Translations under genes and position numbers: made by a program
Source of the DNA: Nemertoderma westbladi
Lineage: Eukaryota > Animalia > Xenacoelomorpha
DNA: 64,000 nucleotides
Assembly (NCBI GenBank): GCA_032718475.1
Contig: JAUCBJ010001692.1
Location: 8-64,007 of the forward strand
Direction: 5' to 3'
Shown here: piece after piece, positions 9,131 through 21,903 of the stretch
Layout of the letters: each line of letters begins with the position of its first letter
Position numbering within the stretch: position 1 is the first letter of the stretch
The notes under the pieces: model-generated
Told to the model about the DNA's origin: nothing
Databases searched by the model: none
What the model saw: the letters and a program-made list of their open reading frames with translations, nothing else

Positions 9131-12100
9131 TTAAAACTGTCAAATGGGGGTGGGGGGGGGGGGGGGGGATACTCGGGAAGGGGCACTAGGCGCTAGGCCA
9201 AAAGTATTTACTAAAGTGCACCAAAGCAAAATTGCCCCCACCACCACCCCCCCCCCCCCCCCCCCGGGCAATCTCGCCTGGGGGGCATTTTCGCCTAAGA
9301 CACCAGTACATTAGAAAATTTAAATTGCTATTCATCCTACTAGCAGTAGATAGACCGGACTTAGACACGATTAGTACCGAACAATTATTTATAACTTTTG
9401 ATTAAATTTATTCTTGTATTTAAACAAGAACCGAAATTATAATGGGGGCGCATTCATATAGTATCGGATCATAGTTACTATCGGTACATAACCTGCACCG
9501 GTTAATAGAGAATAGAGTAATAAGTAAGCAATAATACGTAGTGATAAGTTTGTAAAATGTCCTATGTCACATTAAAATTGAAATTGGTAAAACGTCCTAT
9601 GTTGCAAATTTGTCAAAAAACCCTACCAGAAGGCTATGTATCTATATTTCTGGTATCAGAAAACGATCTAACACCCTTTTTTATGTTAGAAAATGAAATA
9701 AAACAGAATAAATTTGCAGTTTTGTTGAAATATTCAACAAAAATACGTGTTTTCTCCAAACTACATTTTTAGACTTAGGACGTTTTACCACCCGCCCCAC
9801 GATGTGTTGTTAGTTGGTTAACAAGCCTAAATTATTATCCTACATAATAGCTGGATCTCATTCAGGGACTGTTATAATATCATCAATATTTTTGGTAATT
9901 AATATAATCAGCAACAGTTTAGGCCTAATTCTGAAATATCAATGTTTTCACAAGTGTTTTTATAATTTCAAGGAAATACTACCTAGTAAAAAAAACACTA
10001 GCTACACCTTAATAAATAATATATAATAATGTTCTCGAACACTTACCAATAACAAAAATAAAAAAACATACAGTATTTTTAAAATTTCAAAAAATTATAG
10101 CAACTAACACTAGCTACCATAAAAGTATCTCTACTAATGTTCTAGAACATTCACCAATATCAAAAAAGCACTAAAAAGTTGCTATCAGGAACCGGAAAAT
10201 TCGGTCCCGGACAATTCGGTCCTAGGACAATTCGGTCCTAGGACAATTCGATCCTAGGACAATTCGGTCCTAGGTCAATTCGGTCCCGGACAATTTGGTC
10301 CCGGACAATTCGGTCCTAGGACAATTCGGTCCTAGGACAATTCGGTCCTAGGTCAATTCGGTCCCGGACAATTCGGTCCCGGACAATTCGGTCCCATTTA
10401 TTTAGTGTTTTGGGACCGAATTGTCCGGGACCGAATTGTCCTACATCCGTCTGCTTCCCTAGCAGCCCTCTCTCTATACTCTCGCCACCTGCTCGGCTCT
10501 TTCTTTACATTCACTCGCTAACTCCCTTTCCCTTTCTAACAACGCAGTCCCCTCATCCAACTGTCTCTCTAACTCCTTTTGGTCCAACGCAACTATGTCT
10601 AACTAACGCCAGATCTATTTCTAACACCCTTCTTTCTTTGGGGATGTACACTATATACTGTACGGCATTATCCCCGATCGCCACAATTCAAACAGTTCTG
10701 TGGCGAATTCTCTCGCCCTCTCATTCGCCAACTCGCCCTGCCTTAATCGGGCTAAATAGTGAAAGTGTTTATTGCACTCACCGAGTCTGCGGTTTAACTT
10801 GGGTTCATATATCTTTCCTCCTTTCTTGGCGTCGTTGAGGATTACACCATACCATCTCCCTTAATACACCAATGGAATGCTCAGTAAACTCGTTGTATAG
10901 TAGCTCAGTGTGGGATTTTCTTAGTCCGGTATTCATTTTAAGTAACCACATTATTATATACTCGGATACATCTCTATATAGTTCCCAATTTTCATTTAAA
11001 TGGGGGGGGGGGGGGGGGGGTGGGGTAACCCCCCCCCCCCCTCACCCCCTGAATACAATTTCATATCTTTTTGCATCTACAGCTGAATTTAATGGGGATT
11101 GCAGACCTGAAAACCGCTTAGAAAGCCCCCTTTTAGTTTTTGAGGTATCGTGGAATATATGTCTCACAATCTGTCTGTGAAAATGTAAGATAGACAACCG
11201 GCGGACGGCAGACTTCAAGACATCCTCGCCGTTCTATCATCCCCGTCAACCGACGGAGAAAGTTCTCATACAGACTCATCCCGAAGATTCCAACAAATAT
11301 TAAAACTAACATCTGAAGTTATATCAGCGACCCCGAAAACCCCTGTAAATATAATTTAAGCTCGGTGGTCGTGGTATGCATCCTTCCAACTATCCCATTT
11401 ACTATTAACCAACCAGACCCCATACTGGCAATTTTGGGGGGAAGGTTTGAACTTGAAAGTATTTATCTCTGAATGACATATTTTCACACGAAAAATACTA
11501 CCGTTTTTTGTAATTTTTTATTTATATTAAAGGTAATTTCATAAGCTTAAATAAATTCCGGCTAGTTTTCTTGATTACATAATATTTCCAATATTGCAAA
11601 TGATCAGAAATAGAAAATTAAAACACAAAAAGTGGCCGAAAATGAACATGCTGTTTCAAAAAATGTGGTATCGAAAAATACCCCAACCCCCCCCCCCCCC
11701 CCCTTGGGGGGTATTTTTCCCTCACCCTCACAGGCTACTGTCGCCGGCAAACTAACTACAGCCTTCTAAACAACGTACATTATTGATCGGTTGTGTAGGA
11801 ACCAGCCCAGGCTTTCCTACTCCGAGGGTTTAAAACAACAGGAAAAACAACAATGGGGAAACAAATGTTCCTGCCCAAGCGTTAAATAACCGGGAAAATA
11901 ACTCAATAATAGGGTAATAAGTGTGTTATTCCCCATTACCTTCACTCATCTACGGGTAATTTATTGATTAGGCTTCAACATTTTCTAAAAGGGTTTTGTT
12001 TGGGGGAGTTGATTAAAAATGGGGCTTTGCACGTAATCCCTGGCCTAACGCCCGAATAAAAGTTTAACTTTTTTTATTTATTTTTCATTTATTGTTTTGG

Positions 12101-12664
12101 TTAGAATAACTTGCCATTGTAAACAGCTCATTTCCCTTAATTTAACATTGAGACGAAATATGAATTCGCCGAGATGGGATTTGCGCCAAAAAACGGCAAA
12201 AAACTAGCATATGTTCTAGAAGGTAATCTTTTTTTATGTGTACCCATGACCATATTTTTTTTACTATAGCTAGTTTTTGCTACTTTATTTTAGAACTATT
12301 CTATTTCATGTTAGCTATTATTAGGTAAAAAAATTATGTTCTAGAACAAATATTGTTTGTTCTAGAACATTTTTATATAAAAAAAATTAATTAAAAATTT
12401 ATTATTATGTGTAATAAATTGTTTATTTATCTACAAACATTAAAAAATACATATTATCAGGCTAGCTAGTGATTTTCCAAATTAGCTAATTTTCCAAATT
12501 ATTTAAAAAAAAATCAAATAAAAATATTTCTTAAAAATTGTTAATTATGTGTAATAAATTAATTATTTGTTTTATATTATTTTAGATTACTTTGCATAAG
12601 AATTGTTACTAAATTATGAAAATAATTAAATATCGAAGCACAAAATGATGATTACTGAACAAAA

Positions 12665-15600
12665 GTTATGTTATGTTACATGGGATCTAAGTCGTTCACT
12701 CTCAGTTTCTATGCGGTCTCGTCAGCACTCATCGGGGTCTCTTTTAGTTTGTTAATGGCAGCGAGTTTATCTTCCGCTGTCGTCCCATTGGTTACTCCGT
12801 TAGTTACCGTTTCGATGATCTTAGCCACGCTCAGAGAGGTCTGGGCCTCTGATCCCCGCACCATCACCAAACCCCAAGCCCCGCCAACTGCGTCATCCAC
12901 CCCGGATGCATAGGGAGCTAGACCGCACCAACGCAAACTGGAGCCGGCGGCGAATTCCTCCGAGGATGCATCCTAGTCCTCTCTCTCGCATTCCTTCTCT
13001 CCTGCTAACCAGTGACTCAGCGAGGTGACGGATCAGAATCTGCGTCTCATCGCACCAGACCCCATCTGTTGTTCCGGCGAGGGGGGTGAATTCCATCCGT
13101 CGGGCTTCGCAGATCGAGCGGTAGTGTTCCTTCTTTACATGGCAGCGAGCTTCAAGGATTGACGTGGTGGACCGGTTGGTCTGTGTATATGATGTGGCGT
13201 CAGCGTTAATTAACACAACATCAAAAGACGCCACACGTTGGTTTGACCAGATACCCCGAGCCACCAGATCTGCCCGAACACCTCCAACTTCAAGGCCCTC
13301 ACGATCGGTATGACCCCGGGAGAGTGTCACTTCTCGCTCCACACAGGAAGGACCAACCACCTCAGCCATTAGCTGGCCAAAGACTTCGCGAACCTCGTCG
13401 TGTCGTTTGATCACAAGCCCTCCGGTTTTACAGCTCAAGGCATGGGAGGTTGTAAAGACACCCCCTTACCATTTGGCCACATTTGTTGTTGTCAACTCTT
13501 TTGACGTTTATCTGTCCGAAACTGAAACTCCTCGATCAATTTATGATTATAATAAATTTACTAAAGATAAATTCTTATCTGACATAAATAATCCTTCAAA
13601 TTGGACATATAATGATGACGCTATTTTGAAAGAAGAAAAATTCCAAGTTTTTTACAACAATTTTAATTTAATTTGTGCCAACCATTTGCCGAAAAAAACA
13701 ATAAACCCGAAATTAATTCCGAAAAAACCATGGATGACAACTAACTTGGTCAAATGTGTAAGGAGGAAAAATAAACTATACACTGCTTTCATCTCAAACC
13801 CGTCGGATACAAATCTTTCACAATATAAAACCTACCGAAACACTCTCACAAAAATTATGCGTAATGCCCAAAAAAGTTATTACGAAAATGAGTTTCTGAA
13901 AAATCAAAACAATAGCAAAAAAACCTGGAAAACAATAAATACGGCACTACAAAAAGATCCAAAACATTATCGTCCCCCGTGAAAATCAAGATAGATTCAA
14001 TAGATTCAACTACAACTGATAAATCTATTATTGCTAATATATTAAATAAACACTTTGCATCGATTGGGCCGCAATTAGCGAGTAAAATACCAAAATCACA
14101 AAGGCAACCAACTCGTTATGTAAAAAATAATAAATTTAATTCTTTCTCACTCATAGAACCCAGTGAAACTGAAATAATATATTTTTTGTTAGATATCGAC
14201 AAAAATGTCTCAACTTTTGACGAGTTTCCTGTCTTATTGGTCAAATTAGCTGCCCACAGCCTTGCCCCTAACCTAACTTATCTCATTAACCTTTCAATTA
14301 AAAATGGATTCTACCCAGATGCTCTAAAAAAGGCTAAAATAATACCAGTTTTCAAATCCGGAGATCCAACCGATAAAAACAATTACCGCCCGATATCAAT
14401 ATTACCCTTATTCACAAAGATATATGAACGTGTAGTCAATTCCCAATTACTGACCTTCTTAAACAAATACGACCTGTTATCACCATGTCAACACGGATTT
14501 CGTAAACACATAACGACAACGGACGCTATTCTTACTGTTACGGAACAACTACAGGAAACACTTGACAACGGTAGCTCTGCATGTTTAATATCAGTAGACT
14601 TAAAGAAAGCCTTCGACACCCTACTGTACCACATGACATACTGTACTACTGAAAAAATTAGATTGTTACGGGATACGGGGACTTCCATTGCAACTTAAAG
14701 GCAGCTTCTTACATAACCGCTCTCATATTGTCTCTATTGATGGTATTACCTCAGAACCAGCTTTGGCCCCTTGCGGTACCCCACAGGGGGCTATATTAAG
14801 TCCCATTTTGTTTCTTATGTACATAAACGACTTACCGCTCTGCACAAAACTTTTCACCACACTCTTTGCAGACGACACAACTTTACTCTATTGCCATAGC
14901 AATACTGACACACTAATCTCGACAGTCAATACGGAACTCTCTAAATTAGACAATTGGCTCATTGACAATAAATTATCCCTAAACCTTAAAAACACTGAAT
15001 ATATAATCTTTAACAACTCTAGGAACTATATAACACCCAACATCACTATTAGATCCACTAATCTTACGGAAGCTACCGCCACTAAGTTTTTAGGTATATA
15101 TATTGATAATAAAATTAACTGGTCGACTCATTGTGAATACATACTCTCTAAAATATCCAAATTATCTGGTATTTTCTTCAAATTGCGACACATTTTACCT
15201 CTACACATTATGAGAACCCTGTACTTTGCACTAGTTCACCCTCACATACTGTACGGAATTTTAATGTGGGGAAATAGCTACAACTATAACACGTCGAAAA
15301 TAAAAGTAAAAATAAATAAGATAATCAGAGCAATAACATTTAGCCATTACCAAGCGCATGCAGCACCTATTTATAAATCTCTACAAATCCTCTCACTAGA
15401 AAAATTATTTGACCTAGAAGTAGCTAAATTTATGTACGACATTAACAAACATAAGAAAACTGAAACCATGCAAAAAATATTCCGTCACACAAGTACAATA
15501 CACAAATATTCCACGCCCTCTGCTTCTACACAAAAGTTCTTTGTCCCTCGTGTCCGCTTACAACTTTCCCAAAATTCTATAAAATATACAGGACCTAAAA

Positions 15601-17561
15601 TTTGGAATGATTTACCCTTAGAACTTAAAAACTCACTATCTAAAAATGCCCTAGCAAATAAATTAACAAAACGTTTTCTTGATACCTTGTCTTGAAGCTG
15701 GTAAAGATTCCACAAATAAAGTATCCACTTTGCGACTTAGGCATACTGTCCATACTCAAGTTAGACCTATACTGTATTTATCTATGTTTGACCTATATAC
15801 AATAAAACATCTCCAATATATCCAATGTGCAGTATATTCCTGATGGGTCCCACTAGCTAGCAACTGTTTCATAAACATGTTTTTTTACATTCCGAGCACC
15901 TAAATTATCTCCTTTCGAATCTATCGAGTAACACCCCCCCCCCCCCCCCCGCCTCTCCTGATCAGTCCACTAAACCTTTCACAGTCATGCACCAGTGGAA
16001 ACCTATACTAGCTTTGCTACAGCTGACCACTGGCTGCACCCCAACACCCCACGGCTACGGCATATTATCATTAGGCCTATCATATCACCCACATTCATGA
16101 ATAAATACTGATCAACCTTAAACATTTTATGGTGACCTTTGGTGTTGGGTTTTTGCAATATACTGTATAACGATATCGAAAGGCGAACTTCCGAAATTAA
16201 AGGCCCGGGCCTATCCCGGATTGAAAATTGAAATTGAAATTGACCCCCACACCCTTCACATTTGTCTGGAGTAGCTGGTGGGGTGAGGCCGTAACGAAGG
16301 GCTAACCCATCTCTGAACTCGTCGGGACTCAGATCGGTGTGGTCCAGAACTGATGGCTGTGCTGTCAACCACCCCCCGATCTTGTATTTAACTGCACGCT
16401 CGACAGTCCTCCTCCGAGCCACAGGCAGCGATGAGACCACAGACTCCCGTTGCTGTTTATAGGCCTCTTCCTGATGGATGCGACTTTCCTGCAATACACT
16501 TCGGAGGTGTGCAGCATGATTTGCTGTATTTAGAGGGCTTTGGGTGCAGATTGCTTCAGTAACAAGAGCTGACGCGCATACCGAGCCAGTCCGGGCAGGA
16601 CCGACTCTCTTAAGGGGGTCCCGCAGACCAATCCCACCATGGCGTACGGGTAGGAGGGCAAGATCCCTCTCGATGACACTGTGTGCAGTACCAAACAAGG
16701 ACGGGACAAAGTCCTGAATCAGTGCTGTGCGGATGGGGGCAATATCTTCTTCCACTGTTGGGGCAACTCTTAAAAGAAAATCCCATTCAGCTTGCACGCA
16801 CCGGGACATCCCGGTGTGGGCGGCTTGGGGGAAGTCCTTGGCAACCTCTGAAAGTTTTTTGATGCTAGATACCCAGCCCTCTACTTTGCCTGCGACAAAC
16901 TCCCTGCGTGCTGACTCATCCCCAATGAAGCCGCCCAGATAACGGTGGCCTAAAACCACCTGGACCCCACTGGGACCAAACAGCGTTTTGGCTGCCTCTT
17001 CAAGACCGGGTTTAATTATTAGGATGGATTTTGTAGGTTCTGGGTTATACCCTATATGAGGTCCCTGTCTGAGTAGCTCGGTCCACCACTCAAAGACTCC
17101 TGTGAGTGACCCTGCTGAAGAGGAGTCGTCAGCATACCATGATTGGCGTTGTGATGGGGCCGGTGTTGGTAATGTCAGGTTTGTTTGCGGGGTGGTTTGT
17201 TGTGGAGGGTGTGAAGGTTGGGCCAGAACCGGGACTGCACGGAGGTTGCGAATAAGTGGTAGTGTTGCACAGCCATACCCAAGCATAGCCAGAGGATCAC
17301 CCTGGGTGAATCCCTCCTGACTCCAGAGTGGTGCGTCACTGCCTAGCATATAGAGGGCTGCATGGCCGTTATATGCATTATAGAGAAACTTAGATGCCCT
17401 GTGCCAGTATTGCCGACAATTCCAAAGTGCTACTGGGCGACTTATTGCATTAAATGCATTCTTTGCATCAACTAATAGTAGCGCCTCGGTTGAATCTTCT
17501 TCGAATATGGCATTCATCGCATGGACTGCTCCCTCAATACCTGCCTTTGTGCCTGCACATA
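12665..17561 (-). mobile_element. 5'-truncated CRE-clade non-LTR retrotransposon (RT, CCHC, restriction-like endonuclease), split by a LINE
   Basis: RT motifs LLVDAKNAFN, EGFTQGDPL, WYADD, RYLG. CEGCGG/VFTTSHALSCK..RHD rejoins across the insertion. RADL..FDV..KK..Y is an RLE motif. (TAACA)n tail near 12665. Confidence 0.85.
13466..16242 (+). mobile_element. 5'-truncated CR1/L2-group (Crack/Daphne-like) LINE with frameshifted ORF2
   Basis: KPW, NYRPISIL, QHGFR, DLKKAFD, GTPQGAILSP, LFADDT, KFLG; frameshifts near 13980 and 14630-14690; (TTGAAA)n tail; 6-bp TSD ACCCCC (13460-13465, 16243-16248). Confidence 0.9.
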
Positions 17562-18821
17562 GTGTAATAAATAGTTTATTTATCTATAAACATTTAACAT
17601 TTTTTTTTTAAAAATACTAATTATCAGGCTAGCTAGTGATTTTCCAAGTTAGCTACAGTATTGTTCGCGCTTTTAGACCTTTAGCAGTTTAACCTGCCAA
17701 ATTTAGGTGTCTTCTAGGTTATAAATCGACTTTAGCCTATGACAAGTATTTGATACACATAAAACTACATTAGCCGAAGCCAGCCTATGCGCGACCATTC
17801 ACCCACTGGATTTACCCGGGAGACTGGATTCAGAAGCTCTGACCTTATTGCGGTGTAGGCCTACTATATTATTCGATTGATCGTTAATATATAATCTCTG
17901 ACAAATATTATTCACTTTCGGGAAATATTAACAGTTCCTTTAGGACGTGGCGCTCTAAGTATGTAAACAGAATTATGACTTACACTAAACACAACGGGAT
18001 GGCTATTGATTCACGTATAAAGCGCATTCTTTAGGAGATGCTTTGTTATCTATCACACTCATGCACACTACTGCACAATGCTGCACACCGATCTGCCGAC
18101 CTTCACTAATTTTAATCATATATAAGGAGAACAGCCAATGACACATGTAGGGTCTATGAAATAGCATTCAATTCACTCCAAAACCACTATAATGTAAGTC
18201 GCAATTGCTATATGTAACCGGTCTCTCTAACCTTCAGTATATCAAGAAGATTGGGGTTTTCTGATTATTTATCGATATTCTCCAAATATAACAATATTCC
18301 ATCAACTGATACAATTAATAACCGACAGTAAATAGCAGTAAAAATAATGCGGTGTTTGTATGTGACAATATGAGCAGTTTGTGATATGCAGATTTGGTTT
18401 GCCAGTTTTGTTAACAGTTATACGTTTCTATGATCAAAGCCGTTCTAATGTTTGGCTAAAGTCTGAAACACAGAATAATTCCAAAGCCGGTGTTCTGGGC
18501 TTAGAAAGATACACACTGACTGAATTGTGTGAGTTTCTGTATGTGTAAAAGCTTTTGCGTCATTAACCGGTTATTTTCCCTTAAAGTACTCTGTAGTTGG
18601 TTTACCAGGCATAAAAAGGCTGTGTCCTTGCTGTACTGGTGTTTTAGAGGACATAAAAGTCATTTCTTCTGTATTTGTACTTTAGAGGACATAATCCGCA
18701 ATCTCGTGACGCGATAAGCTAGATACTCTTGAAAACAGTGTCGCTACCATGACGACGGCTAACAGCTGATATTGCCACGTCGACATTTCTTTGTTTCTTT
18801 GTTCTCTCGTGGTTCGGTTGA

Positions 18822-18833
18822 CCAATCAGAGCG
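18822..18833 (+). promoter_or_regulatory. Conserved CCAAT (NF-Y-type) box in the LTR U3
   Basis: CCAATCAGAGCG is invariant in LTRs A, B, C and D although the surrounding U3 has diverged. Confidence 0.55.
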
Positions 18834-19714
18834 TTTTTGTCTCTGTGTTGGAGGTATATACAGAACTCAGTAGTTCAGTGTTATGTTTTTTGCCCAGAGC
18901 CTAAGAACATCGGCTTTTGGCACCTCCGTATATCAGCATTCTTTAGCTTTACATTAGTAGGCTTAATTATAGAACGTATATCTGTTATCATACAAATCAA
19001 ACTACTTACAAACCAATTCAATGCTGTTCAGTGTTATTGTTTATATCTTACTAATATTACTGCTTTTGCTGTCGGTTGTTCATTATATTGGTTGATGAAA
19101 TATTATATCGGAATACTGATCAATAGTCAGACACCCCACCTTCTTGATATACTAAAGGTTAGAGAGACCGGTTACAGATAAACGATTGCGACCTATGTTG
19201 AGTGGTTTGAAGTGAATCTAATGCTATTTCATATGCCCAACATAAATTGTCTGTTGCTCTCTTTATACGTGACCAAATTTAGTGAAGGTCGGCAGATTAG
19301 TGTGCAGTATTGTGCAGCATTGTGTATGATTGTAACTGATAACAAAGCATCTCCTAAAGAATGCGCCATATACGTAAATCTATAGCCTTTTCGTTGTTTC
19401 TAGTTTAAGTCATAACTCTGTTTACATATTTAGAGCGCCACGTCCTAAAGGAACTGTTAATATTTCCCGAAAGTGAATAATATTTGTCAGAGATTATATT
19501 ACGATCAGTCGAATAATACGGTAGGCTTACACCATCAATCATTAAGCTCCGAACTCAGTCTCCCGGGTATATCCAACGGGTGAATGATTGCGCATAGACT
19601 GGCTTCGGCTAATGTAGTGTATCAAATACTCGTCATAAGCTAAAGAATATATATCATCCAAAAGACATCCTAATTTGGCAGGTTAAACTGTCAAAGGTCT
19701 TAAAAGCGCAAACA

Positions 19715-19732
19715 ATAACAGATATAGCTTCT
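19715..19732 (+). promoter_or_regulatory. Non-tRNA primer-binding-site position, complementary to the element's own LTR
   Basis: ATAACAGATATA is the exact reverse complement of 18977-18988; no TGG follows the LTR. Confidence 0.65.
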
Positions 19733-19995
19733 GGATTGCGGTGTAAGCAATCTAGTCGAAAGTACCGGTCGACCGGTAACCAGTAGGCCTGACTGCCTGA
19801 TCATCCGGACCGGTACCTACAACAGTACAGGTACAGCAGTATTATTCGATTTGATTATTATATGCCGGTAGGTCTTAATAATTAATCGGGGACGCCTGGT
19901 TTTTATTGGGATTTTACTTAGGCCTATTTCTGTCAGTTTTATTTATTTGTAGGCCAGTATTGAGCAGAAGGCGTGTAAGCCTGCTCAGATTGTGC

Positions 19996-20560
19996 AGATA
20001 ATTTGTAGGCTTGACTGTTGGCAAACTGTTGATTAGGTTTGAACGGATTGCAGTGCATGTAGAGTGTATGTCCGATAAAGAACGGTTAGGAAGTAGGGGC
20101 AGCCATAGCTGTAAGGTAAACCCCCATCTAAAGAATAAGTCGTACTACTGGGTTAGAACGCATACTACTTAACCATTTCGGAGTCTGCATGTCCTGTGGT
20201 TTATTTAGGCTTGATAGTAGTCTGCCATCGTTTAGTCTGTACTTTGTTTGTGTAGTCTGTACGGGTAGCGTATAATTTTATTTAGATAATTTGTAGGCTG
20301 GATAGTTGTCTGGCTGCTGTTGGGTTTGAGGAAATTTCGGTGTGTGTAAAGCATCTGTCCGATAAAGAACGGTTAGGAAGTAGGGGCAGCCATAGCTGTA
20401 AGGTAAACCCCCATTTAAAGAATAAGTCTTACTACTGGGTTAGAACGCATACTACTTAACCATTTCGGAGTCTGCATATACCGTAGTTTGTTTAGGCTTG
20501 ATAGTAGTCTGTCAGTATTTGGTCTGCATTTTGTTTGAGTAGTTTGTACGCGTAGCGTAA
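19996..20560 (+). repeat. About 288-bp tandem duplication in the leader of element A
   Basis: Copies start at 19996 and 20284; the homologous leader of B has a single copy (about 44260-44550). Confidence 0.9.
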
Positions 20561-21903
20561 TATTTATTATTCAGAGTTTATGCTATTATTCGCAACATTC
20601 ATATCCCCAAGTTTATTCCTACAGTAATTGTGTTTGTTATACATACCGTTATAGTTAAACTAACCCCGGTACTACATCAGGGCTGCTCGGCGTAGGTAAA
20701 GACTGGTGATTTTGTGCACCGGTCACTCTGGCAGATACCGTGGTTCTTTTAGCTGTTCAAGTATTTTTAACTACTGATTATTTGTTGTACAAGTACTTGT
20801 ACCTAATTTAGGGTTTAGTGTACAGTGCTTTCCGAAAGCAATTAGTGTATAGGCAGTGTATTTGTGTTGTAAAGTGGTTAATAGGCACGTTGGTTCTGGT
20901 AGACCGCGGTAATTAACTTCTAGGTAGGGACACTCCGTGATACATAACGTAGTACCTATAGCGATACGGTTATAGGTCGTCAGGCGGTGGTATTTTCCTA
21001 TCTGGACAACGCAGTATATTTACTACTACTTATTATTTTCAAATACCGTAGTAACCTGTCCGTTGTAATAACCAGATATTCTAACCCTTTGTTAGGCTGG
21101 TTAGTAGACTTCTTGTAAAATTACCCTAAAAATTTGTATTTGTGTATTTGTAATTAAATTTTTGTGTTTACTTAGAGATTGTAATCTCAACCCGAATTGT
21201 ACGTAATTTGTAGTATTAAGTAACTTAGGTAAATTAGAATTATTTGTTTTAGTGTCTAACAAGTAGCACTCCACTGAGAGCGCACAGCTTATGTGTAGTG
21301 ACTCCCCCAGAAATAATAACATTTATTTCAACATTGACAAAAACCCATTTCAACGGGTATATATATATTATAAATCAACTCAAACGATTTATAAATAGTA
21401 GGCCTGCCATACAACAATTAGGTCTCAATATCAGTTGGACTACTGCTTAAATAACGGTAATAAAGTAAGTTAAAGTAACCAAGTAACCATTAAAATTCAG
21501 AAATTCAATTATTTAAAATAATTGATATACCGGTATTTACAATATGCTTATTACCTTTATTTTCATAAACTTAAGCTGAAATCATACCGGTATTCTGTAA
21601 TTAATTCTAGTTAATAATTATACTTATATATACTATAAGTGTAAACTGCATACCGGTATCCACGATAGGCCTATTATATATTTATATATATTTGTGCTAA
21701 AATTATATACCGGTATTCTGTGAAAAACCTAGTCTGTAATAATACTTATATATACCCTAAGTATACCGGTATTCTAATATTATATATCACGCTACACTGA
21801 GTAGCAGTATCGGTAATTAATTACTAGGCTAGCAGTTAACACTGAATTACTAGACTTGCTTTGACTGTAATATAGCAGTAGGCATTCAACTGTGCAAACA
21901 AAC

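Larger units (their letters stand above)
8134..9306. mobile_element. TA-flanked MITE with imperfect TIRs
   Basis: TA|CCGGTGTCCCAGTTGAAATTGCCC versus reverse complement of the right end TA|CTGGTGTCTTAGGCGAAAATGCCC. Confidence 0.55.
7833..9801. mobile_element. Non-autonomous TIR element with 4-bp TSD
   Basis: Perfect 27-bp TIR CGTGGGGCGGGTGGTAAAACGTCCTAA; ATGT on both flanks (7829-7832, 9802-9805). Superfamily not assignable. Confidence 0.85.
7431..10448. mobile_element. Mutator/foldback-like non-autonomous element with 15-16 bp subterminal arrays
   Basis: Termini GGAAGCAGGACAATTCGG and CCGAATTGTCCTACATCC; 9-bp TSD GTCTGCTTC (7422-7430, 10449-10457); GGACAATTCGGTCC(C/TA) arrays at 7438-7540 and 10200-10396. 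Confidence 0.8.

Noticed and set aside
6960-10990. Pyrimidine-rich host sequence on both sides of the Mutator-like element, perhaps a decayed ORF on the minus strand
   Set aside because: Many stops and no motif I can identify.
18853-18880. TATATA plus TCAGT as the LTR core promoter
   Set aside because: The TATA-like sequence is not conserved in LTRs B, C or D, so the TSS cannot be placed from sequence.
18529-19181. Short ORFs repeated in both LTRs of A
   Set aside because: Repeated only because the LTRs are near-identical; no evidence that the frames are kept in B, C or D.
19486-19730. TCAGAGATTATA and AGATATAG resemble group I intron R and S elements
   Set aside because: No consistent P7 or P3 pairing across LTR copies; both segments have better alternative partners.
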